Source of the DNA: Eledone cirrhosa
Taxonomy: Eukaryota
Assembly (NCBI GenBank): GCA_964016885.1
Contig: CAXHJY010000359.1
Span: 11,057 to 75,056 of the forward strand
Reading direction: 5' to 3'
Length of the DNA: 64,000 nucleotides
The notes beneath the pieces were generated by a model, which saw only the letters and a program-made list of their open reading frames with translations, had not been told where the DNA came from and made no database searches. Numbering within the stretch: the first letter of the stretch is position 1; the number at the start of each line of letters is the position of its first letter. The translations under genes were made by a program, and so were the position numbers. This document shows, piece by piece, positions 1 to 13,500 of this stretch.

Positions 1-1090
1 ATTATTATATATTATATATATATTATAATATTATATATTATATATATATATTATATTATATATTATATATATGATTATATTATATATTATATATATGTAT
101 TATATTATATATTATATATATGTATTATATTATATATTATATATATGTATTATATTATATATTATATATATGTATTATATTATATATTATATATATATAT
201 TATATATTATATATATATATTATATTATTATTATATTATTATATATTATATATATATATTATTATATATTATTATATATTATTATATATATATTATTATA
301 TATTATTATATATTATTATATTATTATATATTATATATATATATTATTATATATTATTATATTATTATATATTATATATATATATTATTATATATTATTA
401 TATTATTATATATTATATATATATATTATTATATATTATTATATTATTATATATTATATATATATATTATTATATATTATTATATTATTATATATTATAT
501 ATATATATTATTATATATTATTATATTATTATATATTATATATATATATTATTATATATTATTATATTATTATATTATATATATATATATTATTATATAT
601 TATTATATTATTATATATTATATATATATATTATTATATATTATTATATTATTATATATTATATATATATTATTATATATTATTATATTATTATATTATA
701 TATATATATTATTATATATTATTATATTATTATATATTATATATATATATTATTATATATTATTATATTATTATATATTATATATATATATTATTATATA
801 TTATTATATTATTATATATTATATATATATATTATTATATATTATTATATTATTATATATTATATATATATATTATTATATATTATTATATTATTATATA
901 TTATATATATATATTATTATATATTATTATATTATTATATATTATATATATATATTATTATATATTATTATATTATTATATATTATATATATATATTATT
1001 ATATATTATTATATTATTATATATTATATATATATATTATTATATATTATTATATTATTATATATTATATATATATTATATTATTATAGA
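1..1090. repeat. AT-only minisatellite, ~41-bp unit built from TATTAT/TATA motifs
   Basis: The unit ATATTATTATATATTATTATATTATTATATATTATATATAT recurs. The spurious ORF translations repeat every 41 aa (3 x 41 nt). Confidence 0.9.
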
Positions 1091-1899
1091 GATTATATAT
1101 ATCGGGTTGCTGACCAATAACTTCTCAATGTAAAGGCGCTAACATTTTCGAACAGAGGCAACTCACAAGATATTATTGATACAATTTAGATATTTTGTAC
1201 TAAAAATAAAATATGATCAATTAGAGCAATGAAACGTTACTTGTGTGTGTATGTATGCACACGCACGCACGTGTGTGTCCCATTGTCATGGCTAAATTGA
1301 CTGGTAGTAATTCGTTACTTTGACCTGCACCAATATATTTCATAGCTGTATGAGTTTTCTAGTATTTTTGCAAGCTTAATTCTATTCGGGTTAAAAATAT
1401 CAATCTACCGAGGTTAGTTAAAAATTCAACAGAACCTCCTAGCTCCTTTACGGCTTCCCTTGCTTCACATTTATCTTATGCTTAGTTTGCCAATTTCATT
1501 AAAAAAAAAATGTATTATATTCACTTCTGTTTTGTTTTTCTCGACTGTAAGAAGTCTTAGATACTCCTCTAGCTAGCTCTATAAGGACGTTTGAATGGAT
1601 TAAATACTAGAAATTTAAAGATCTTCTTCGGCTAATTTCAAAGTGTGTACAATCCCTCAACCAACTCTTTATGATAAATGCATGCTCTCTTCTCACCAAA
1701 TTTTAAATTATCTAGAAATCATTTTTCTATTTGTAGCAATCCAAGGAAATGGTTAATTTGACTGAAATCCCGCAGCACAAGTTGGCCAGATAAAAAAGAA
1801 GAAAAAAAATGGAAGCTCATGAAACGTGGAATCATAATTTTCGAAATAGAATGGAATATAGAATTGACTTGAAACACTGCTTCAAAGGGCGTCTGGACT

Positions 1900-2700
1900 G
1901 GAGATATGGCACATTAATTTTACCTGTATCTAGGCTAACTGCTCTGGGCTGACTGAAGCTGATGACTGATATCCAGCCTGAAACGTGCTCTATTTATACT
2001 TTGCCAAAGCCTACCGTACCTCACCAGAGACTTTTATTCCAATTGAAACGAGTATACGTGGCAAAGTTCTAAGTTGGATCAAGTCATTCATTTACTACCG
2101 GCAGCAGATTGTGCTTCAAGATGAAATATCTTGGAAGAATCATCAGAGAGATCCCCAAGGTTCAGTCTTGGGGGCCCATTCTGTTTTTGATACACGTAAA
2201 TGACATCCCTGATCTAATATCCACAGCCAAATTGTTCGCTGACGATATCTAGTTATATCCTCCTATTAGCAGGAATGATTGCACATTATAACAGGAAGAT
2301 CTGAATTTACTCTAGGCCTGGAGTTTTTTGGCGTTTGAAGTTTAATGCTGAGAAAAGCATTGTGGTGAAGATTAAAGAAGCATGACTACACGCATATTCT
2401 AGATTGAGTTTACCCTGAGCAAGTAAACAAATCTAAGAATGCTCGTTTCACAAGATTTATTACCAAGAAGACTACATACTAATGGAATTGTTGAGAAGGT
2501 TAACTAATCAAAGAACATGTATGATTGACAGCTGGTTTGAGATTTTTCCTCCTAAAACTATAGAAACTTTTTACCACACTCTTATTCCACCAGTACTTAA
2601 CTATGGGGCTGTTATATGGACCTTACACTTATAAAAAGAATGTCGAACTACTTCAGTTAGCCCAGGACTGGTGCCTCAACCTAGCTACGTAGGAGGCCAG
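1900..2700 (+). mobile_element. Degenerate CR1/L2-group LINE reverse transcriptase fragment
   Basis: Motifs LYLYFAKAY (cf. YLDFAKAFD), IRGKVLSWIKSF, PQGSVLG and AKLFADD, with stops and frameshifts. Confidence 0.8.
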
Positions 2701-3494
2701 TTAACCTTCACTTAGCGTTCCTTTTCATATGATTAGGATCCTATCATTAATGCACCCATGGAACCTGATATACAACCTCATTGGAAGCCAGTTAGTCTAC
2801 ATAAGTATGAGCTATAAATTCCATTTAAATTTTTTTATTATTTATTTGAAATAGCTTAGTCAAGAATTCCAAAAGTTTTACTTTTTCTCAGTTCTTGAAA
2901 TTCGCAAATGTTCAAATATTTAATGCATTTTGTTTTTAAATTTGAAATCTTAAACAGATTCCAACAAATGATCTTTCACATTAATTTAGACCCCAAAATT
3001 AATGGAAAACTTTGAAATATCGTAGAAATTGTTTTTCTTTTAATCTTTCTTTTTTTTTTTCTTAAATTTATTTTTCTCTAAAAAGACATGTTGCCAAAAG
3101 GCAACACGTCTTTCGACAAGTGTCCCTCCCCACTCAAGAGAAATGGTATACAATGACGTTAATACATCTCAATAATATTAATGGTTTAAGTGAAGGGAAC
3201 TAGCTTCAAACAAGGTTTGAAAAACATCGGTCACTTACCAGTCTTTTCCATATTTTTCGGGTAAGAATAGCCTGGACACATGACCAAATGGTTAAACTTG
3301 TTCGACAATACCTTTGCTATTTTATTCGCGGAACGCAGCTGAAACACTGCTCAGACTGGGGTGTAGAATCGGTCTCTTTCCCGCCCATTCTTACGTTGCT
3401 ATTTCCTCCTCACCTTTTCATCGTTCCCTTATTGCCATAAATATCTTTACTTTTTTTACTTTTACTATATATTTATTGCAATAAGAACCGAGGT

Positions 3495-3590
3495 TCAATG
3501 TCACTGCCATGTTACCTCGAGCAAGTGCCTTTTACTATAGCCTCGGTTTGACTTATGCCCTGAGTAAAATTAGGCTGACGGAAACGAGAG
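3495..3590 (+). mobile_element. CORE-type SINE fragment (octopus OR2-like)
   Basis: CTCGAGCAAGTGCCTTTTACTATAGCCTCGG...GACGGAAAC, similar to the copies at 17.2 and 33.4 kb. Family assignment is from recall. Confidence 0.55.
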
Positions 3591-3711
3591 CCTTATCGAG
3601 TAGACTGGACCTGTAATTCAAACTATTAATCTTGTCGTATTGAATCTCAGAATTATCTTAAGGATACACATCTTTAGAATTTATTGCCACATTAAATTTT
3701 CGATTCAGCCC

Positions 3712-4031
3712 CAGGGGTTCCCAACCTTTTTCTTTGTTTGCGTCATCACCCACTTTCACATGGAAAACTATTCCACCGCCCTCTTGTATAGTAAATACTC
3801 CAAAGTATACCAGAACTATTTCGTAAAAGTTAATGGTTCGATATTTCCATTTCGCATCCTTTGAATATTTTTTTTCCTGATAGCATATGCTGCAATACCT
3901 TAATACTCAAAATCCTATATCGTCTACCCAAATTTCCGATTGCCCACAATTTTCTGTTCAGTTGCTCATCGTCTATTCAGCTGTTGAAATGGCTCACTGG
4001 TGGGCAATATCACCCAGGTTGGGAAACCCTG
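3712..4031. mobile_element. Non-autonomous hAT (Charlie-like) MITE
   Basis: 15-bp TIRs CAGGGGTTCCCAACC and GGTTGGGAAACCCTG (1 mismatch). The 8-bp TSD is not preserved. Confidence 0.65.
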
Positions 4032-4620
4032 GTGTAAGCGGTTCTGTTGCTCGAATAATTGAAATATTTCGTCGAAACGACAGAGGTCCATTCAAAGAAA
4101 TAACCCCTATTTCTAATGAAATTCAACTATTTCATTTTCTTTAGCAGTTTTTTTTCTTCGTCTGGTTTTGTAGAGCATTCTTTACCTAAGTTTTTTTTTA
4201 GTCTGGTTCTGTATATTTTTTACCTAAAAGTATTGTTTTAAAACAATTGATTCGTAAATAACATTTTAGATTAACTGAGGTTTTCATGTTTTTTACTTTA
4301 AAATATTTCCACTTTCTAAATGTAATTCTTTTATCTCGAATTTTGATACGTCAACCTCGTAGACTTTCTAGAAACGAGTCTCAAACATTTCTATCTTGAA
4401 TTAGTTTTTGGTCGGATGAATTCAATTTGATGTTAAATATTTTCTTTAACATAGTTTATGAAGCTGGACAGGAATGTGAAAAAAGTTCCATATTTTTGTG
4501 TAAATCATCGCCAAGATCTGACAGCGAAAATTTATTTCTGTAGTTTCTTAGTTTATTATTCGAAAACATGCTTAATATGGCGAATTAGCAGTTGCTAATC
4601 GGATTAAATGCCTTCGTTAA

Positions 4621-4860
4621 TGGAGGCGAGTGGCTTACGGTCATAATGTCGTGGTTACGATTCCTGGACTGGGCTGTTGCGTTCTTGAGCAAAATTTCAT
4701 TTCACGCTGTTCCAGTACACTCTGCTGAAAATGAGCTCCAGAAATAGCTGGAGGATGGACTGGTGTCTTCTTTAGGTGGAAGTCTTGTGCCCCGAGCCGC
4801 TTAACGCCATGAAAATCGGGATAAGCATCAGTCTGATGAACCTCCTGGCTCGAGACACTT
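4621..4860 (+). mobile_element. tRNA-derived SINE (head, CORE-like centre, tail)
   Basis: A-box-like GTGGCTTACGG, B-box-like GGTTACGATTCC, central TTCTTGAGCAA...TTTCAC and tail GGGATAAGC...CTGATGA...GGCTCG. Confidence 0.6.
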
Positions 4861-5273
4861 AAGATCTTTTTATTCCGGTTTTCTGAACTGAGTTAAAAGC
4901 TAATTGAAGTCAACTTCCTTTGTAGTCGATACATACCAGTTTATGGGCGACGGATTGGCGAATATGTTAGTGGGACAGGCTGCTCTGTGGTATCTAAATG
5001 GATTTGTTCACTGATTTGCGAGCGGCATATAGTATTGGTAATAGAAAGACCAGTGGAAACATTGTTTAATTGGTCCGATCTAACGATCAGCTCTTTTCAT
5101 TCTTTATATTTAAACTCTGAAAGTCTTGTTTCATAATTTACCTTTGTCTTTAACGATCTTTACTTTAGTGTAATATCTTGATTGTTTTCTTTAATCCGAC
5201 AGAATGAATAATTTTATAAATGTTGCATTAAATATAACTGGTTTCGATTGGTATAACAATCTTATCAAATATA

Positions 5274-6181
5274 CGAGGTGTCAAAAGTTCCAGGACTGAT
5301 GTCACAAAAGATTTATTTCAAACCTAAACTTCACACTAAGAGGTTTTTCCTTCAAAGTAATCCCCCTGGATCTGGAGTCTAATGCACTTTTCCATCCTTT
5401 TCTGCCACGTTTGCATGCACTCCTGGAAGGATTCTTCCGGGATCCTCCGCAGTTCCGTCGTCACGGCCTTTTTGATGTCGTCTGCATCTTCAAAACGGGT
5501 CCCCTCCGGGTCGTACTCGAAGATCCATGACTCATCACCGGTGATGACTGTCCCTAGCAAGTCTGGTTCGGTTTCAAGACGCTCGAGGATGTCCTGGCAC
5601 ACTTGCATGCGTCGACCCTTCTGGTCATCGTTCAGCAGTTCTGGCACCATCTTCGCGCAGACTTTTCGCATGTCCAAATCTTCAGTGAGAATCTTCCAGA
5701 CGCTGTCTCGATTCATGCCCAGCTCATTTACCATCAGTCGAACAGTCAGCCGACGATCGCTACGCACCATCTGCCTGACGCGCTCAACGTTGACCTCAGT
5801 GCTGGTTGTTGAGGACCTTCCGCTCCAGGGGTCATCTTCCACGTCCTCGCGTCCTTCTTTAAACCTCTTGTACCACTCAAAAACACGTGAGCGTGACATC
5901 GTCTCATCTCCAGACACTTGCTGCAGCGGAGTTTTCCCCAACCGTACCAGAAACTTCAAGTTTGTTCGTTGCTCTGTGCTCATTGCTTGACGACCTGAAA
6001 CAGATGTATATAAAATTATGAAGAAAAAAGTTTGATCGCTGCAGAGAGCTAAGATAAGTTACATGTTACATACTCCAGGGGGGGGGGGGGGTACTTTGAA
6101 GGAGAAAACTCTTAGTGTGAAGTTTGGGTTTGAAATAAATCTTTTGTGACATCAGTCCTGGAACTTTTCTGACACACCTCG
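5274..6181 (-). mobile_element. Internally deleted Tc1/mariner (mariner) DNA transposon with ~97-bp TIRs and a TA TSD
   Basis: TA|CGAGGTG..TCAAAAGTTCCAGGACTGATGTCACAAAAG at the left end and its reverse complement at the right end, finishing CCTCG|TA. Confidence 0.95.
5336..5983 (-). CDS. Truncated mariner transposase (DNA-binding domain kept, most of the DD34D core deleted in frame)
   Basis: 215-aa ORF with SRSRVFEWYKRFKEGRE, DRRLTVR, CAKMVPELL and ITGDESWIFEYDPE, joined directly to GTRFED...QGDYFEG. The HDNA and YSPDLAP motifs are missing. Confidence 0.85.
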   Translation of the reverse strand: MSTEQRTNLKFLVRLGKTPLQQVSGDETMSRSRVFEWYKRFKEGREDVEDDPWSGRSSTTSTEVNVERVRQMVRSDRRLTVRLMVNELGMNRDSVWKILTEDLDMRKVCAKMVPELLNDDQKGRRMQVCQDILERLETEPDLLGTVITGDESWIFEYDPEGTRFEDADDIKKAVTTELRRIPEESFQECMQTWQKRMEKCIRLQIQGDYFEGKTS

Positions 6182-6499
6182 TATATTAAATATTAAAATG
6201 CTTTTTCATGTATTTTGTGAGTAGTTAGAATATATGAATTTTTAGTCAAAATGTATGTTCCTTATGGTGTGGAGGTGGGGTTCAACAGGTCGAGCATTCA
6301 ATATACCATGTTTCTTTTACATATCTCGAATCTTTAGTTTACGTTCAATTTATTATAACAGGAACATTTAACAAAATGAGTAACTACATGAATGACTATA
6401 AAATTAGAAAAACACTAAATATTTAAAAATGGAAAAGGAAGGTGCAAGGGCTTTAGGACCACATAAGAATGGGGGTGAGGGTGATAAGCTCTGGGCTTA

Positions 6500-7190
6500 G
6501 GGTGCGGTGGTGTTGGGGCTGTGCCTCGCGAACAGTGGCCAGCGATACACGCTGCAACAGCCACTCCACTTCGCGGGGCTCCTTCTTCAGACGGGCAGCT
6601 GTCGTTCCGATCTTGCGGAGGAGCTCTGTAATACGGGGTCTGAGTACGCCTGAGATCTTGACGGCGACCGGTACGAAGAGAAAGCGACTGGTATGTTTGT
6701 CGTCCTTTCCTCTACATTGCGGGCCGCAGTACCGGGGCTTGTGGTCGAAACGATTAAGCTGGCGACGGAGAACGTGTCACATGTGGCGTCTCAGATGAGA
6801 GTTCTACCTTCCTTCGAGTGGGAAGGAAATTCCATCGGGGCGCTTGCCACCTCCGCGGGCGAGGCCTGCTGGCTCCAGTTGTGATGGGAAGCTAGCTGCA
6901 TCCAGGCTCCTCAATATGTTGTTTCAATATGTTGTTCAAAGCGGAATGTCGGAAGCGGCCTGCGCTCTGGGGGCAAGACAGTGGATGCAGGCCGAACTTA
7001 TCAACGACCACCCGGCAACGGCATTTATGTGGCTCACACATGCGGAGGCCGAAATATTGGGCCACTCCAATGTGAGTGCACTCGTCATCAAGAAAGGTAC
7101 CTGTTGTTCAGGGGAGCACCGAATTGAGCCGCTGTAAAGCTGAGCAGAAACAGGCGAGGTAGTTTTGGTCCAAGCCAGACGTCAATCCGC
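6500..7190 (-). mobile_element. CRE-clade non-LTR retrotransposon 3' fragment (REL endonuclease)
   Basis: Minus-strand GKRPDGISF, LI*DATCDTF and KEPREVEWLLQRVSLATVR match the CRE motifs RPDG, WDATC and QRLSxAxQRGN. Confidence 0.75.
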
Positions 7191-7831
7191 TTGAAAAACC
7201 TTCATTTGATGTCATCCCAGTTGCCTGAAATCTTTTTTCCGATGTGTAATCGAATGAATATGATGTTTGTCATTTGTCTAAAGTGAGTTGCATTATTTAT
7301 TGCAGATGTGATACACGTAAAATCAATCTAAAACTTTTATTCAGCTGGCAATGGTAGTCAACAATTTTGTAGCAGGTTGTAGTAAAGCTAAGGAAAGTGG
7401 TATCGTCCATAACAGCACGAGCAAGTCATTTAACAATTCGTTCTCCTATATACACGGCATTAAGATATTATGTTCCTATTAATTGACATTTCACCACAAG
7501 ATATGTCAATAGCAACAGCAGCAGGTGTCGAAATTGTGGTATTCATATATCGTTGTCAGTGCTTTGCCCGGAGTATGAAATACGTGTATGGGGAAAGGAA
7601 ACGGATTGGCCACTTTGAACAGGCCTCACATTGAAATCAATACATTATATTGACAATGAATTTAAACGCCTAAACCTAAGAAAACAGATAATATAGTATA
7701 GAAAATGCACTAAGAAAATGCACGTTCAAATAAGAAGTTTTAAATAAACTAGAATTATGAATATATCTATGCTGACTCGTAATAGCTGTGAATTTGATTC
7801 CAAAGAGAATGTGAGGCCTAAACGCCTCTGA

Positions 7832-7960
7832 AGGCGTCTGGCTTAGCGGTCAGAAAATTGGATTCGGAATCGTGAGGTTGCTAGTTAGTTTCCCGGACCG
7901 GGCGATGCATTATGTCCTTGAGCAAAACACTAAGATACTTTATTTCACGTTGCTCTTTCT
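7832..7960 (+). mobile_element. tRNA-derived SINE head, same family as 4621
   Basis: GGCGTCTGGCTTAGCGG...TGTCCTTGAGCAAAACAC...TTTATTTCACGTTGCT. Confidence 0.6.
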
Positions 7961-8649
7961 GATTTTAGCACGGTTGCAGAATGTTTTATAGTCAGATTTT
8001 AGTGGAAAGTGTAACCACTTTGAACGAAGCGCCAGTGGTTTCACGGCTGCGGCTTTTCTTTTTTGCTTTGCGTCTTCCGGAACATAGGTGTTCTCGTTTG
8101 ATATTGGCCTTCATATTTTTCTGCCACTATGTGGTGTTGCCATTTGTCTGCCACACAATTTCATATTAGCATGTATGTATTGTTTTGTCTTTAGTGTAAA
8201 TCTAGGCGTCTCTCAAGTCGAACCATAGCTACATGCTACTTTTTATCATAGGAACCATAAATTAGCAACCCAGTTTGAAGATTTTCTTAGTAGTAGGTGT
8301 TGCAAATGGCTCTACCAACATGCTAGCCACAATCTGTTGTGGTTGGCTGTGCGAGATATATAAAATTATTTTTTATAGCTCTTTAGGCTAGTTATATTTA
8401 TGATGTGCGGGTACTAACAATTTTCTGAAGCATCACTTCCGACTACAAAACGTGTATATATTGTATTATATACTACAATATATATATATATCTATACAGG
8501 GTTCACGCCGACTATTCATAAATCCAACTTTACACCCACTGTAAAGTTCCCATTCTACCGACCAGCCGTGCATAATTGATCATGTCTATCCATTCTCAGC
8601 CATTTCAGTTTCGGGCACTGGCAACTCAGTTGCGAAATGGTTTCCGACG

Positions 8650-10230
8650 CTGCACCACAACGCCTGTCGAACTTGGATCCGCGTCCTCCTCGCGTCAGGC
8701 ATTCGTGAGTCGGAAAGGTGCTCGATCGCAGTTTAAAGCAGCTTTAAAAGCTACTCTCGGGTATCCTGCCCGACCGAAGCAACCGAGCGTTCCCAGGCTT
8801 ATTGCCCTAGAAAGAACACGCACACATGCTCTGAAGGGGTTGGTATTGACGTAGGCCCGAGTTGTAGGCGGCAACTGCTGATAAGGGTGGCGACGGGAGG
8901 CCATTGCGGGCCACGATATTAATATTGTTTTTGGCAAGTTCTGCAGTCTCGACCAGAATAAGTACGGTATCGTAAGGAGGCGGTGGTTACGGCGGATAAA
9001 ACTAGCTGGAATCAATTTGGGCAGTTGGAAAACTCCAAGACCACCCATTCGAGCTGTATAGGAAGTGCACAGAGGTCTCTCGTAGAGGTGGACAATCTTA
9101 CGAGTCGTGGAGCGACGATCGAGTCTAATGCTTCCAAGGCGCTGCGGGCTAGCACATTGTGACACTGTTGACTAAAATATTTACTTAAATTCTTAATTGA
9201 GAAGGTGGCGCATTTGGAGACATTGACCACCGGGTCAACCTCGCTGAAGAAATCAATGTTTTTATTGACTAAGCGCTGAAGTCTCACGGTAGTCAGCCAA
9301 GAGTACTGTTATTAGCGTCCATCGTATACTTCGCGGATAGAGGACAAAGCCTCAACGACGAGATCCGTGGCGATGTTAGAGTAGAAGCAATAGTACGTCC
9401 CCTTGTTTGACAACCCGCAAGATCGGAATGAGTTCAGTCAATTACGGAAGCATATTGACCGCTAATTGGTCGCACAGAAAATGAAGATTAAATGAAATAA
9501 CGTTTCGTTGGAAATTGAACTGGTGGTTCTAAATGACAGGAACTGTGTGTTGAATTGGAACATATGTCACTAATGTTCAATTGATTTCTAGAATGTACTG
9601 GTTTGATTTTCCACACGTGGTCACGGAAGACATTTATCTACGAGCACGAAACATGAACTGACTTTTAGCCTTAGGGAGCAGCATTTCGCTGACGGATTAA
9701 TCCCTGAAAGCTGGATATCATCGATTTTTAGATACACTAATATTGATCGTGTTTCCCCCATGATTTCACTGAAAATTTACCGCGCGTTTGACCTCAATAG
9801 AATAATGTATATCCATTGACCAGACGCTGCAGTCTCGCCGGAGAATCAGCCACCAGGGCATTGTCGTTCACGTACACCAAGTTAGATATACGTACTCCTG
9901 TCAACCTCTAAGTCACAGTTGATTTACAGGAGTGAGAGAACGACGTCCTGTTCGACTCCTTGGCTGATTTCGGTAAATCTGCTCGTTTCCGCTCATTCCG
10001 AGAATTTTTGTGGCCCAGCCGTCAGATCTTTCGTGCATCGATCGTATATGCTCGTGAAAGTCACGTCATCTCGTGCATGCAAAAAAGCAAGTGCTACGTC
10101 GTACCGATGTCCATCACCAGGTCGATGAAAACCACATCCAACATGTGTTACATTTTCAGATATGGGGAACAATTGCTAGAGAGCTGTCCAGACATCCAAG
10201 GAGATGCCGAGTTCTGCTTCGTTTAGTGTA
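8650..10230 (-). mobile_element. Highly degraded R2-like retrotransposon fragments
   Basis: VVFIDL, ISQGVEQD (cf. GVKQGD), LLSNIATD, VNVSKC, RKIVHL...MGGLG and a C-terminal RVLSRAISLG. Confidence 0.6.
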
Positions 10231-10289
10231 GAGCGAAGCAAAGTCCTGGGTTGCCTGTGTTCGGGTGTGTATTTACAATTTTTACTATT

Positions 10290-10830
10290 TCCTCATCTGC
10301 AGTTTCACCACTTGCTCACCCCCTCAGCGGTCTGGTGTCATGAGAATGAGTTGATAGATTTTATTAGAAATAATGACTTATGAATGACTTGAAGTGAGGT
10401 AGAGGGATACAACGCGTCAGCCCCAGTCTCTCGTCACTGCCTATCTATATCCAATGGCAAGACAATCGAAATGACTGGAAATGCAATGGATGGCTAGCAA
10501 TGGCATATACCTCACTGTTCCCTAATTGCTCTCCACAGCTCTGTACTATGTTACACATTCTACTCGTTGGACCATTATGGGTTAGTTTCCATGTAGTCCA
10601 CTGTATCAGTCTTTACAGGTATAAAGTTTTAGCCACTATTGTCGGTTAACCCTTGAGTTCCTCCGCCCTTTCATAGGTTTTGCTTTTCACTCCCATAGGG
10701 TGTCCCGAAATTACCCTGCAGGCTTGGTGAGGTTGCCGGTTTAGTCGATGAACTAACCATGTAATAGGTTGTACTGAGTTACATGTTACCAGTAGCGCTC
10801 GAGAGCGACCTAAGTGGACCTACTTACACT
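10290..10830 (-). mobile_element. RTE-clade LINE 5' region fragment
   Basis: 10295-10412 is homologous to 20790-20900, which leads into an RTE-type APE start. The rest of the interval is tentative. Confidence 0.4.
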
Positions 10831-11269
10831 ACAAACCTCAGATATGTACGAGTAGACGGGTCAGAGAAGTGCCACTAACCTACGGACAGAACATAAAACC
10901 AAATTTAGGTTTCGCCAGGCAAGACGTGATGACCGATCTTTTGATGCTAATGCGCTGGAAAAGCTAAGCTTCCTTTCGAGCATCACTTGATAATTCTATT
11001 TGAAGAGCCGCCAAAAATGACAAAAAGCTCGTTGTCAGCGGTTTAGCAGTGACCCCCGTCCTGACATTCGTATCAGCATCTATGGTATGAAGAGTATCTA
11101 ATATATTTAAGAAACCTGTATTACCAACACCTCCACCAAACTGTCAATTAAATTATATTTGTTTTGATGTGACTATTATTTCCAATATAGTTTCTCTACA
11201 CTCATCAACGAAACTCTTGAGGCTAGTGGTCTGGTCTGTAGTCTCTCTACACGAACAAGATAGCGTAGT

Positions 11270-13500
11270 GCGGCATAACTAGAGACCAGCAGACGAAGAT
11301 TCTTGCGAATCGCGATGGAAGGAATCTTTTTCGTCAATTGACAGTCAGCCCAATATCTCGTCTGCTACAATAGAGGAAAGAAACATAGGTCGTTTCATGC
11401 AGATACAGTATCTTATGGGTCCCTGCACGATTAGCCGTGTCCAGCGCTTCAAGATTACTCTGGGCAGGCGACACATGCGACAAGGTGTAGAACAGCCTCG
11501 GAAAGTAATATTGCTGCAAAAGATGTAACCTTTGTCTGGGTCCCAGTGGAGCTCTGCATATTTTATCGATACAGTGACACCTTCTCCACTGAAACACCGA
11601 TCTTGGAGTCCGGCCATGGGCCAATATTGACCCCTAAGTAAGAGCATTTATCTGCAGGTTCGATTCTCGAGAGCTGAGTTCCATCGATCTCTGGACATCG
11701 ATCTCTGGAGGAGGATCCGTGTTGACCAAGAAAGGTTTCTCCCACGATTGTACCGAAAACTAGGCGCATTTAGATATTCATCGCTGGCCACACTTCACGG
11801 CAGAACGACACGTATCTGTCAACGAGATGTTGCAGCTCCATTGGAGAGCCGACAACTAGCGCATTATCGTCCCCATACACCAAGGTCGACAACCCCACAT
11901 CTTTAACCAGTCAGCCACAGTTGGACAGAACGTCCATCAGCGAGTCCGTGGCTATGTTAAAAAGAAGAGGCGAGAGTGTATCTCTCTGCCGGACTCTACG
12001 CTTGATATCAATGAGTCTGCTCGTTTCCGCTCCGACCGAGAATTTTGTACCGCATCCTTCATAAAGACCTTTCACGACACCGATCATATGTTCGTGAAAG
12101 TCTTCTCATGGCTGCAAGCTCGAGTGATAGCAGAACCGATTGGAAGACCTTGGCCAGGTCGATGAAGGCAACGTCCAACCACCGGATCCTCAATCACGCT
12201 TCCATGCTGCGTTTGAGAAGCTGTTGCAGCAAGAACACGGTCTCGCTGCAACCGTCAGCACTTACGAATCCCCTTTCGGAAGAATTCAGAGGGGTTACCT
12301 GAAACATCCTATTGGAGAGTAACTTGGTGTATAGGCGATAAAGGATAGAGCATATCGTCAGGGGTCTCCAATTAGATAGGTCATGCGGATCATCCATCTT
12401 CTTAGGATTCAGGACAGACCTGCCGAGTTTCAAGCCATCGGATAGCTTCCAAATCCCGCAACATGCAGTTAAAGGTTCGCAAGAATTGCAGGGTCGTTGG
12501 CGCGAACCTGTCGGTGTGATTTCGTCGGTCCCCGGGGCAGAGGTTGATCTCTTACACCTCCGTACCACAACAACCTCAAACGAGGCGAATGGTTGCAAAA
12601 GCGGTGCGTTATCCGCCAGTTTCGTTCCAGGATAAGCACCGAGATCGACCTCCAGTCCCGGGTGGGAAAACTTGCCCGAATAAAAACCGACTCGATGTCG
12701 GCAACTGGGAAAGGACACCCCCATTGGTTTTCGTCCACTAAAATCACAAGGAGCTTCTTCCTATTACGATCGTACAAATTCTGGTAGCGAGCATAAAGCG
12801 CCCTACTTCCTTTACTTTTACTACCAGAATTCCTGTAGGGCCGTTTCGGTCTTCTCCTTACGGTCTTAATACGTCTCCTACGTGAGCGTGCCTGCTCCAA
12901 CCATCCTCTAACACACTGCGCAACCGCGCTCCGGCCCTCGTCCGTGACCTCATCACATAATGTGGTGAGGCACTCGTCAAAAGCAGCGCACCATCGAGAG
13001 CGACTCGCCTCCACTGCAGCGCCGAGCGAATTCCTCTAGGCGGCATCGTAAGATGCCGGAGAACCAGTTCCACTCACCTGGCTAGGCCGCCGCTCGCCAG
13101 CCGACTTACTTACGCGGGTAGGGGACTAATTCCTGCACTTCTTTTTATTCAAATCGCTCCTTTTCGAAATAATTTGCTGAACGGATTTTCCAGGCAGAAA
13201 CGGAGCGATACCTGCGTGGATGTGACCCACCGCAAGGAGTTCTTTCTTCACTTCACGCATCGCCACCTCCTCTTCAGGCCAACACGAGTATCGGGTAGCG
13301 CAGCCGTCTCCCAAGGGGCGGCTGCCGCACGAGTTGCACACTAACGCTCGACTTCCGTAGCGTGCCTTGCGATCCTCCGCCGATTGGAAATCTATTCGGA
13401 ACGCACATACGAATGGTAATTGTCGGTAGAGCTACATCAATACTTTGCGGCTGGCCAGGATACCCCATCTTATTCGTTCTAGTCAATGGTTTAACGGCCC
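11270..13500 (-). mobile_element. R2-clade non-LTR retrotransposon, degenerate 5' two-thirds (zinc finger, Myb, RT)
   Basis: Myb-like WPEEE...LPGKSVQQIISKR. RT motifs APGTD, NWRPLTICSILYRL, ERGF, DGCSE, VAFIDLAK and LFNIATD, then YGDDN and LHLLQQYYFPRL. Confidence 0.85.

Noticed and set aside
4825-4856. CTGATGA as a hammerhead core
   Set aside because: There is no GAAA or stem arrangement, and it lies in a SINE tail.
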